From NCBI GenBank assembly GCA_017621475.1, contig JAGATA010000031.1:1929-65928 (forward strand): a stretch of 64,000 nt of DNA, given 5' to 3'. This stretch comes from Clostridia bacterium. Its GTDB lineage: Bacteria > Bacillota > Clostridia > Oscillospirales > CAG-272. How positions within the stretch are numbered: the first letter of the stretch is position 1; every line of letters starts with the position of its first letter. This document shows, one piece after another, positions 7,701 to 14,836 of this stretch. The notes under the pieces are model-generated. The model made no database searches, was not told the DNA's origin, and saw nothing but the letters and a program-made list of their open reading frames with translations. The position numbers and the translations under genes were made by a program.

Positions 7701-9890
7701 TGTCGTTCTGTATTCCATTTCGGACATTGTTTCAAGCTCTTCTTCTGTCCAGATTCGGTTTGCGCCAACATAACCCGCAACCTCTTTTGTTTGGAGCTTA
7801 TCGTCGGAGTTTTCGCTCATATCGGGTTCTGTAACAGTGCCTTCAACAGGAGTGTTGCCCATATAGTAGTACCAAACATTTCCCGCGCCGTCTTTCTTGG
7901 GAGCAAAATAGACTTCCTGATCCTCAAAAACAGTATTCTCCATAATGGGGTTGCCATTTTCATCTACAACAGGATTACCGTTTTCGTCAACCTTGGGAGT
8001 TTGCGTGGTTACGTCGGTAACGTAAACCTGATATTCCGTGCCGTCTATAGTAACCTTAACGTCTATATAGGTATATACAACCTCGCCCTCGAGTGTAAGG
8101 AATGACTGCGGAGCGTTTGTACGAAGCCAAAAATCTATGGAAAGACCGTAAGTATCACGTGCAACGTAATCTCTTACAACCTCTTTGAAGCCCGATGCGG
8201 TTTTGGCATTGTCAATGTCACTCTTGATTATACATTTTGTCGTATCACCGGATGCATTTGTAGTAAGCTTGGCATTAATATAGGTAAAACCATTATTAGA
8301 TGCATTATCAATCAAACGATTCGCCAAACCAGACATAGAGCCAGCTACGGTTGCAGCCTTTGCTTTCAAAGACTCTGATTTGATTTTTATAGTAATGTAA
8401 TCTATTATAAGTGATCCTTTGCCAAAGCCAAAAAGCATTTTGTCAATACGCTCAATAAGGCCTGATTGAACTGTAACAGATGATTTTATATTGTCACCGG
8501 GCGTTTTTCCGAGCAAACCGAACAATGCCAAAGCTTCGGTGATCCCTAGTCCTTTTATCCAGTCATTAATAGTTTTGGAAGTACTTCCATCACTAAGTAA
8601 AACTCCGTCCTTTCCATCTATTGTAACAAGATAGTCAACTATCGGTTGTATATTGCCCCAAGTTACATTTGCGCTGCCAACTGTTTGACCGTCCTGGAAC
8701 GTAACGTAACCGTTGTCTTCCATACTTTTTATGCAAGATCTAAGTTTTGTTATATCAGCTATAAAGGGAAAAAGTGCGTTAAATTCATCATTAGATGCAA
8801 GCGCCGTATTAAGCTCCTCGTAAAATTTTTTGTTTGATGTACTTGAATTAACGTTTAATTTGTCTCCCGTAACAACACGTTCAAGACCTTCGATGTCGTC
8901 ACGCTTGTCGTTCATTTCCGCAAGAACTTGCTCCACAGTGGTGCAGAAAACGTCAACACTTTCAAATCTTTCGTACCCATCGATGCCATAAGTGTTTATC
9001 TGGTAAACCTCAAAAATATCGATAAGGGCTTCGCCGATGGGAACCATAACAGCTTCGTCCAAGAATACAAGGAGATCGTAAAAGCCCGCAACGTCATCGG
9101 CACTACATATAACAGTGTTATCAGCCCCTGTAAGAACACCGTCCGCGTAAGAGCTGAGCAAGCCGCCAACCGCCTGCATATAGCGATAATTAGCGCCGCT
9201 AACATTCAAACTAAGGAAATTGCCATTTGCTACGCCTGCATCTTGACCGGCATTACCCAAAGTTGTTTGGTATATAAAATCTTTTACACTATCCGTAGGA
9301 ACATCAACCTCAATATAATCTACAGAAGAAATAGCCTTTATTCCTTTTAAATGGCTTTTTGTGAATTCACTCGACTCAGAATTATACTGCGTATATTCAA
9401 AAGCGTTTATAAGTTCTTTAATACGTCCGTCCACGCCGTACGTTGCGGAATAGAGCGGATGCGCCAAAAGAGAACTTGTATTAAGCGTTGCAGGGCGCAG
9501 CGTAATATTTTCCAAGCCGTAAGAAGCATCCGAAAGGTTAACGATATTACCCCAAGTAAGGTTTTTCTGCGTTATGGAAAGCAAGGAATCACCTATGGCA
9601 GAAGCAGACGGAGGAATAGCAATTACGTTGCCGTCTTCATCAATCATAGGAGTACCATCTTCTTTCAGCAATATATCGCGTGCCAAGGCTATTTCCAAGT
9701 TACCGTTAGCGGCGATAGTGGTTGTCGCTCCGCTTACCTCAGGCGCTACGGAAAGTGTTATCCACGAAAAGGTGGAAACCGTCAGCATAGCAATGGAGAA
9801 AACAAATATCATAAGCGCCGCTATAACGCGCTCGCGGGCGCGTGGGAGCAAGGCTTTATACTTTTGTATTCTTAATTCTGTTTCTTTCAT
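4800..9890 (-). CDS. Giant (1696 aa) secreted fibre-subunit-like protein: SipW-type signal plus an N-terminal ~850-aa module paralogous to the 676-aa protein, then a ~840-aa beta-rich (Ig-like) extension
   Basis: ATG 9890 overlaps the stop of the upstream sipW-like gene (ATGA). N-terminus is basic, then hydrophobic, then STFSWITLSVAPEVSGATTTIAANGNLEIAL. Blocks shared with 18559-20589: NLTWGN(I/L), YGL, YG(V/S)DGRI. Internal motif ALVYLDGDVVSNDKVLSSSDIQGQLNLQF at about nt 7325-7430. No LPXTG and no C-terminal TM. Confidence 0.65.
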   Translation of the reverse strand: MKETELRIQKYKALLPRARERVIAALMIFVFSIAMLTVSTFSWITLSVAPEVSGATTTIAANGNLEIALARDILLKEDGTPMIDEDGNVIAIPPSASAIGDSLLSITQKNLTWGNIVNLSDASYGLENITLRPATLNTSSLLAHPLYSATYGVDGRIKELINAFEYTQYNSESSEFTKSHLKGIKAISSVDYIEVDVPTDSVKDFIYQTTLGNAGQDAGVANGNFLSLNVSGANYRYMQAVGGLLSSYADGVLTGADNTVICSADDVAGFYDLLVFLDEAVMVPIGEALIDIFEVYQINTYGIDGYERFESVDVFCTTVEQVLAEMNDKRDDIEGLERVVTGDKLNVNSSTSNKKFYEELNTALASNDEFNALFPFIADITKLRSCIKSMEDNGYVTFQDGQTVGSANVTWGNIQPIVDYLVTIDGKDGVLLSDGSTSKTINDWIKGLGITEALALFGLLGKTPGDNIKSSVTVQSGLIERIDKMLFGFGKGSLIIDYITIKIKSESLKAKAATVAGSMSGLANRLIDNASNNGFTYINAKLTTNASGDTTKCIIKSDIDNAKTASGFKEVVRDYVARDTYGLSIDFWLRTNAPQSFLTLEGEVVYTYIDVKVTIDGTEYQVYVTDVTTQTPKVDENGNPVVDENGNPIMENTVFEDQEVYFAPKKDGAGNVWYYYMGNTPVEGTVTEPDMSENSDDKLQTKEVAGYVGANRIWTEEELETMSEMEYRTTQGMGSCYTFYAEPGEKGQILDILKAFKVAFVDSNGTLLATASLATEYCFSEYGKYVVPLMLDENAIDTGEDTEEGDDIRAIMSLEQNVPTLITALVYLDGDVVSNDKVLSSSDIQGQLNLQFGNTYEPQPLDDEELMSETLKITAKVTDAQGKENPQFYFKDTEKSFTATVELSVEGEAPKTITANFLRKITTTQGTRGETIEFTQSASDPTKWTATATFTAPGEYILRSVFADGIERKLTNVVDTGNAEAVKVIVHGFSVSGFSGDPNLGLTHEYMTASDYVTESFSVNISAYENGTLTPGSVKGVFINEDNVAVTINFTETQSGSGRYTGTATFVSDGTYTLENIMVDGLYYSVGSTYTREVRTKLSVAVWLTHDDSCCDITEIEGEFEKVGNDYKFIFDRSHDFFVKMKVYDSTGQEIIGLVEPKLTYTKNATADLEWSTADGGCYVGYIPVDSVGEYKFVSASVNGENITKAISASVVTAISRDPAEFSNLILPSGEEVIVINGSNAQVAVGFKNGDSAIVYGLFEKEIEGATTKYLISAEKDTENEGYYIFTLPDEDGYWTLKEVYATNVAYRNAEGEIDFFQTDPLKPIFKGNGNAVEITDKVDEETSMTVEQMIETAASGYYFVVEDELANRNTTIKVIATYKLTHNIGANGGVQTVYGADVDATGKVTKKTGAFMESHNVNAIEFTITDFEGKQIANNVTLSLKKEMSTTKANGRYTYEAASTVEETLVTITSADNITFKGNALSLKIAGDYVPTATITLRDMNNTSFDVELPKLSVYSVTPSVKISAVSPSTSMGVDTSSDGKGYTTKTNSKTDTSATVYMECTIHETGLFTKTKRYCYQSSTVSIQLLNSGYASDATLSFGTGTPLYTTWYDSWGRGNYTSDGTNSYNWGENNTNKNGCDGEKTLYIGYSLYSSSELDYRNGSKTPAGTLTATELVLTYDGKEYVVPVSITINNPY

Positions 9891-10645
9891 TTTTCTGCCT
9901 CCCTTGAGTCAGCTTCATTCGGCGAATCTTCATTTGATTGCTGTTTGCCGTTTTCCGCTTCTATTTCAGCCAAAATTTCTTGTTTGAGCTTTTGGCGGAG
10001 CTCTTCGCGAAGCTTTTCTTCATCTTGTTCCCGCTCCGCTTCATTTATTTCCTGCTTAATAGCTTTAATTTCTTTCGTTATTTTTTTTATGTTTTCCTGC
10101 ATTATGATCGTTACAAGAATTATAACCGGCACGACCACTACAGAAAAAAATCCTATTTTATTCGTCAATATAGAATAAAGTGTTGTTATAAACCCCTCAG
10201 GGCGCAAGATCACGATTATCTTGCCTATAAAATTTTCCTTGGTTACATAAAATCCATCCACGCTGTTGTTTGCATCTCCGCGTGTTACGAGAAGCAATTC
10301 GCCGTCACGGTCCTTTATTTCCGCAACGCGGTGGGTTATTATCTGTCCCGCCATATAAGATTCGCGGGAGAAAAAGCTTATAATATCGCCTTCTTTAATG
10401 CTTTCTATATCCGTCTTTTGAGAAATTATAAGCGAGCCGACCGGCATCGTATCACCCATACTCTCGGAAACAACGCGAAACACGCTACAACCGAAAATAG
10501 TCACATAGCCGTTGGTCTTTATCTGATACATCACAGTGCCGCAGAATAAGATTGCAATGGCAAGCAAAACAGAAGTCGCTATGGAAAAGATTTTTTCCGA
10601 AAGTTTCCTTTCTTGCTTCGGGATATTCACTTCTTCTGTGTTCAT
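9887..10645 (-). CDS. sipW: SipW-type (ER/archaeal-type, S26B) signal peptidase I with C-terminal TM and charged cytoplasmic tail (252 aa)
   Basis: AGGAGAT RBS. N-terminal TM, then catalytic-Ser box VVSESMGDTMPVGSLII, His box QIITHRV and TRGDANNSVD, as in B. subtilis SipW (SGSMEP / THRI / KGDNN). Second TM FFSVVVVPVIILVTIIM, then ~65 aa of E/K/R-rich tail containing ELRQKLKQEILAEIEAE. Confidence 0.75.
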   Translation of the reverse strand: MNTEEVNIPKQERKLSEKIFSIATSVLLAIAILFCGTVMYQIKTNGYVTIFGCSVFRVVSESMGDTMPVGSLIISQKTDIESIKEGDIISFFSRESYMAGQIITHRVAEIKDRDGELLLVTRGDANNSVDGFYVTKENFIGKIIVILRPEGFITTLYSILTNKIGFFSVVVVPVIILVTIIMQENIKKITKEIKAIKQEINEAEREQDEEKLREELRQKLKQEILAEIEAENGKQQSNEDSPNEADSREAEK

Positions 10646-10677
10646 TGCGATATATCTCCTAAATCAAAAATGTGCTT

Positions 10678-10705
10678 GTGCTTCTCCGCTTTCGCGGAGA
10701 AGCAC
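10678..10705 (-). terminator. Strong intercistronic hairpin (possible partial terminator or processing site) between the beta-helix gene and sipW-like gene 2
   Basis: GTGCTTCTCCGC-TTTC-GCGGAGAAGCAC, a perfect 12-bp stem. On the minus strand it is followed by AAGCACATTTTTGATTT, so the T-run is not immediately adjacent. Confidence 0.35.
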
Positions 10706-10721
10706 TCTGTTTGTCAAATTG

Positions 10722-12995
10722 TTACACCTCTGTTGTCGGTTCTGTTATTTCTTCCGTTGATACCGCAGGTTCTTCGGAAGGTGCTGTTGTTACTTCTGCG
10801 GAAGTTGTTGCTTCCGTGGAAGTTGTTGCTTCCGTGGAAGTTGTTACTTCTGTAGAAGTTGTTACTTCTGTAGAAGTTGTTACTTCCGCAGTAGCTGTTG
10901 TTGTGGCTGTTGTTGTCGTTGTTTCAGCGGGAGCCGTTGTTGTCGTCGCTGCATCAGCAGAAGCTGTTGTGGTTGTCGATCCTTGGGAGGTTGTTCCCGT
11001 GGGAGCTGTTGTAGTTGTAGTTGTGGTTGTGCCGCTTGTAGATGAACCTGTATCTCCTCCTGTTGTAGAGGTCGGATTATCAAGATCCTCTATTCTATAA
11101 TCGCCGGCTTTCACCGCTGAACTGTTGTAGGTACAAGTATCGTGCTTAAATCCTATGTCGCCAACAACGCAGGTATCTGCAAAAGTATTGTTTTCTGCCT
11201 GAACATTAGTCTTACCGTTGACGTAGATAGCGGATTTATTGACAATGTTCTCGAAAGATGAGCCCGAAACAAAAAGATCTGCGCCGATATTTTTATCATC
11301 CGCAACTTTAAGACCGCCGTAGGAAGTGGAATTTCCGTCAAACGTACAGTTTTTAACGTAATAAGCGGGATATTCTCTTCTTCCGTACTCATTATCAAGG
11401 AATAAGCAATACATATTGATTCCATCTTCCTTAAAGTTGCAGTTTTCAAAACGAGCATCTCCGTACGTTACAACACCGCCGTTAAAATCGCAGTTCGTAT
11501 AAGTTACATCCTTTGCATAAGCATATGTATAAAGTGTGCCACGATTTGCGGTTGTTTCACAAGTATCATCGGCAGTTTTATTGTTGTTAAATACGATATT
11601 AGAGAAAGTCACGGTTGTGCCTGCTCTAACATCATTCACATAATCGTTGAGAGCATCAAAGTTAAATCCGGAAGTTGCTCTTACTTGACCCTGCCAAGCA
11701 TAGCCTGTAGCAACACTGTTGAGGTTTATCTCGGCTTTACCGCTTGCCGTAACCGATGAATCGGCACCTATAATATTGATGCTTACAGGATGTTCGCTTT
11801 CATCACCCTCTAAAACGGGAACACTTTGGAATCGTATCTCACTGCCGAGTATAACGTTATCGTGCAATATCCAAGTTTGGTTATCGGAAACGTAATTATC
11901 CGCGGCAAGCTGCGTGAACACGCCCCAAAGCTCGGCTTTGTTTTCGTCGATGATGGTGTAGTTGCCCGTTGTGCCAAGCACGATACGTCCGTATGACTTA
12001 TCCTGACCTTCGGGGAAGGTCTTGCCCGTTTGGGTAAGCTCAACTTTTTCGGTATTGCAATTTTTAACGACCATTTCGCCGACGTTCGCCGTGCCGACTA
12101 TCTCACCGATGCGCCAACCGCCGTCATCGGTGGATTTAAGTTTTGTATTTGTTACAGTACAGTTTTCCACAACGGTATATGTCCAAGGGTTGTTGCCCGC
12201 GTGACCGATGATGCCGCCAGCGGAGCCTGTTGCTTCTATAGTGCAGTTTTCAACTGAGCAATCCTTAACGGTAACGTAAGTTTTTACGGGGCCGTCATTT
12301 TCATTATTATAGCCCGCAGTCCAACCTATAAGGCCGCCCGTTCTGGAACCTTTGACCGTACTGTTTTTAAGGTGGCAGTTTGTAAGCGTTATTACGTCCA
12401 TAGAATCGGCATAATCAATAAACGCTCCGCTGCCGTTTGAGGTATTTGTGCTTGTAATATTGGAATTTGCGATGGTAAGGTTTTCTATAACTATACCCGA
12501 ACCGCCGGCAAAACCGCCCGCGAACAAGGGGTTCGTTAAGCGAAGACCTATTTCCTTTTTCTCCCCGTTTTCGTCTTGAGTGGGGGCGAGTATTGTGATG
12601 ATATCATCACCGTTCTGACCGTCAACTTGTATAGAAGGCAGCGTCATATTCTCTGCGCTTGCCATATCGATACTGTTAACTATCTTCATAGTAAGATTGC
12701 CGACATCTGCGTTATTTATATAGTTAACGATCCACCAAAGCTGTGCGCCGTTTTCTATAATATAAACGCCTTCCTCGTCTTGCTGTGGCTGTTGATCTAT
12801 ATTGCCTTCCCAGACTTCGTCAAATTCAAATTCCGGGAGTTTCCAAAGTTCTTTGCCTGCCACGCCGAATCCCGCTCCGCCTGTGCTCGGAGATGTGGAA
12901 ATTACCATCCAAGCATATGCCGAAATAACTATAAGTAAAACGGAAACCAGCAGGATATAGACAGATGAAAACAATCTTAACCAAGAATGTTTCAT
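10722..12995 (-). CDS. Secreted right-handed beta-helix-like protein with SipW-type signal motif and Thr-rich repetitive C-terminal tail (757 aa)
   Basis: ATG 12995 overlaps the stop of the upstream gene (ATGA). N-terminus LLVSVLLIVISAYAWMVISTSP. Repetitive N/T/G-rich turns with GGLIGW and AGGIIGH (GLUG-like) and repeated ..NC.(V/F).N.. rungs typical of parallel beta-helices. The last ~130 aa are >50% Thr with (E/A)VTTST repeats. No anchor motif. Confidence 0.6.
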   Translation of the reverse strand: MKHSWLRLFSSVYILLVSVLLIVISAYAWMVISTSPSTGGAGFGVAGKELWKLPEFEFDEVWEGNIDQQPQQDEEGVYIIENGAQLWWIVNYINNADVGNLTMKIVNSIDMASAENMTLPSIQVDGQNGDDIITILAPTQDENGEKKEIGLRLTNPLFAGGFAGGSGIVIENLTIANSNITSTNTSNGSGAFIDYADSMDVITLTNCHLKNSTVKGSRTGGLIGWTAGYNNENDGPVKTYVTVKDCSVENCTIEATGSAGGIIGHAGNNPWTYTVVENCTVTNTKLKSTDDGGWRIGEIVGTANVGEMVVKNCNTEKVELTQTGKTFPEGQDKSYGRIVLGTTGNYTIIDENKAELWGVFTQLAADNYVSDNQTWILHDNVILGSEIRFQSVPVLEGDESEHPVSINIIGADSSVTASGKAEINLNSVATGYAWQGQVRATSGFNFDALNDYVNDVRAGTTVTFSNIVFNNNKTADDTCETTANRGTLYTYAYAKDVTYTNCDFNGGVVTYGDARFENCNFKEDGINMYCLFLDNEYGRREYPAYYVKNCTFDGNSTSYGGLKVADDKNIGADLFVSGSSFENIVNKSAIYVNGKTNVQAENNTFADTCVVGDIGFKHDTCTYNSSAVKAGDYRIEDLDNPTSTTGGDTGSSTSGTTTTTTTTAPTGTTSQGSTTTTASADAATTTTAPAETTTTTATTTATAEVTTSTEVTTSTEVTTSTEATTSTEATTSAEVTTAPSEEPAVSTEEITEPTTEV
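10783..10890. repeat. Tandem 18-bp repeat, ~6 units, encoding the (E/A)(V/A)TTS(T/A) tail repeats
   Basis: Plus-strand units GAAGTTGTTGCTTCCGTG x2 (10801-10836), GAAGTTGTTACTTCTGTA x2 (10837-10872) and GAAGTTGTTACTTCCGCA (10873-10890), preceded by a degenerate unit at 10783-10800. Confidence 0.9.
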
Positions 12996-14803
12996 CCTGC
13001 CGCTCCATTCACCGTTTTCTCGCCGTTTTCTTCGTCTTCTCCTTTATAGTTTCGGCGGTAATTTATGCTTGATTCCAAGTTATTCATAAACAGCTCAAGT
13101 TCTGTGAGCTGTGCTTTAAGCTGTTCTCTGTCTTTTTCCTTTTGAGCTTCTTCCGCTATGCGGCGCTCCTCTTCTTTGCGTGCGCGTTCTTCTGCAAGAC
13201 GCGCTTTCTCCTCCGCTTTGCGGCGGAGTTCTTCTTGTTGTTTTTCCCAAAGAGCCTGCGCTTTTTCTTCTTCGAGGCGCTTCTTCAAGCGCTCGTTTTC
13301 TTCTTTTCTGCGCTGTTCCTGCTCTTCAAGTATTCTTGCCGCATCCTCAAACTCCTGCTTCTCTGCTTGAGAAAGACGAAGGTGTTCTTCTTCTTCTCTT
13401 GTTTCAAGGCGGGAGCTTATCTTGCCAAACAGAGCTTCAAGCTCTCGCTTGAAGATGTTGCCGCGGCGGTAATCTTCCATTTCGCGGCGCATACGCTCCG
13501 CTTTTATGCGCATTTCTTCCGCTTCTTTTTCTTTGCGGATGCGCTCTTCTTCTTTTTCTTTTTCAATGCGGATACGCTCTTCTTCTGCCTCTTTTTCGCG
13601 GCGCAGGCGTTCTTCTTCTTCTTTTCTGAGTCTTTCCTGCTCCTCTACAAGGCGGAGGCGTTCTTCCGCTTCCTCCTTCATAAGGTCGGATTTTGTAAGT
13701 TCTTCTATAAGCACCTTGCGCACCTCAACGTCGGGAAGGTCGTAATCTTCCGTAAGCTCTTCTATTATCTCTTTTATAAACTTGGGGCGAAGGGTGCGCT
13801 TCTTTCCCTTATTAGGTACTGAGACTTCCCTGCCCTTGTCCTCGTCGAGATAATTTTTAAGAACAACGTAGTTGAAAAGCACGCTGTGGAACACGTCCGT
13901 CTGCAAAGTTTCATTTACTTCCGGAGTTTGCTCTATTACGTTTATCGCATATCCGATATCGTCGTATTTCTGCAAAAACTCGTAAAGCTTTACTATTTCC
14001 TTATAGTACGGGTTTTTCTTCAAAACGTTTGTTTTCATAAGCGCGCCTTTTATACGAGTAGCCTTTGCAAGCGATTTCACAAATGGCGTTTCCATAAACG
14101 CGGTAAACAAACGGTTGAGTCTTGCAATACGCTCGAACGCTTCCCTGTGTTTATTGTCCGTGGAAAGTATATCGTCGCGCTCCTTGATGTGCATAAACAT
14201 ATCCATATGGATATTTTCAGTCGTAGCGGTTATATCCGTGGAGAATTTGAGCTTCGCGCCGAATTCGTCCGACATCGCACCGAAGAGTGCGTCGTAACGT
14301 ATTCTTACAAAGCGATATGCGTTTTCAATAACCGTTATAACAAGCCTGTTTTCGTAAAGCTCCACGGTGTCCTCGCGCAGCTTCTGCATAAGCTTGTTGG
14401 GGCGGACGTCGCCCGTTTCCTCGTCGAAATTCTGTATCATAGAGGAGCCGTGCTGTGCCAGATGGCGAACAACGGAGGAATCGCTCTTTTTAACGTGAGC
14501 AACGTCCACGATGAGTTCGTCCTCTTTAATAATGTTTCGAGGAGAGGATATAATGTGTTGGATCGCAGGAAGCGCCGATTCTATGGAATCTATCCAAGTG
14601 AAATCCAAAAGCTTTTCCATTCTGCGGTTGGAGAACTGGAATTCATTGTGCGCTCCCGCGAGCTCGTTCATAAAATACTCATAGAACTCGGTACTGGAAA
14701 GCGCGCGTATCACGCTTTTGGTATATTTAAGATATATCGAATCAATCAGCGATTTTTTCTCGCTTTGTTCGTTTTGCGGGGTATTGTAAGGTGATTCTGA
14801 CAT
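12992..14803 (-). CDS. Partner protein of the McrB-like NTPase: ~370-aa globular N-domain (possibly McrC/DUF2357-like) plus ~230-aa E/R/K-rich single-helix or coiled-coil region; no nuclease motif seen (603 aa)
   Basis: AAGGAG RBS 6 nt before ATG 14803. ELYENRLVITVIENAYRFV resembles the ENR motif of McrC/DUF2357-type proteins (weak, from memory). Residues ~375-600 are uninterrupted charged helix (EEAEERLRLVEEQERLRKEEEERLRREKEAEEERIRIEKEKEEERIRKEKE...). The stop overlaps the next gene's ATG. Confidence 0.5.
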   Translation of the reverse strand: MSESPYNTPQNEQSEKKSLIDSIYLKYTKSVIRALSSTEFYEYFMNELAGAHNEFQFSNRRMEKLLDFTWIDSIESALPAIQHIISSPRNIIKEDELIVDVAHVKKSDSSVVRHLAQHGSSMIQNFDEETGDVRPNKLMQKLREDTVELYENRLVITVIENAYRFVRIRYDALFGAMSDEFGAKLKFSTDITATTENIHMDMFMHIKERDDILSTDNKHREAFERIARLNRLFTAFMETPFVKSLAKATRIKGALMKTNVLKKNPYYKEIVKLYEFLQKYDDIGYAINVIEQTPEVNETLQTDVFHSVLFNYVVLKNYLDEDKGREVSVPNKGKKRTLRPKFIKEIIEELTEDYDLPDVEVRKVLIEELTKSDLMKEEAEERLRLVEEQERLRKEEEERLRREKEAEEERIRIEKEKEEERIRKEKEAEEMRIKAERMRREMEDYRRGNIFKRELEALFGKISSRLETREEEEHLRLSQAEKQEFEDAARILEEQEQRRKEENERLKKRLEEEKAQALWEKQQEELRRKAEEKARLAEERARKEEERRIAEEAQKEKDREQLKAQLTELELFMNNLESSINYRRNYKGEDEENGEKTVNGAAG

Positions 14804-14836
14804 ACCGAGCTCCTTTCGTGATGTATCAATAATTTA

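Noticed and set aside
10672-11100. A Val/Ala-rich 142-aa plus-strand ORF and overlapping Gln/Leu/Pro-rich ORFs (10613-10855, 10880-11083)
   Set aside because: These are alternative-frame and antisense readings of the Thr-rich tandem-repeat tail of the beta-helix gene. They are low-complexity artefacts.
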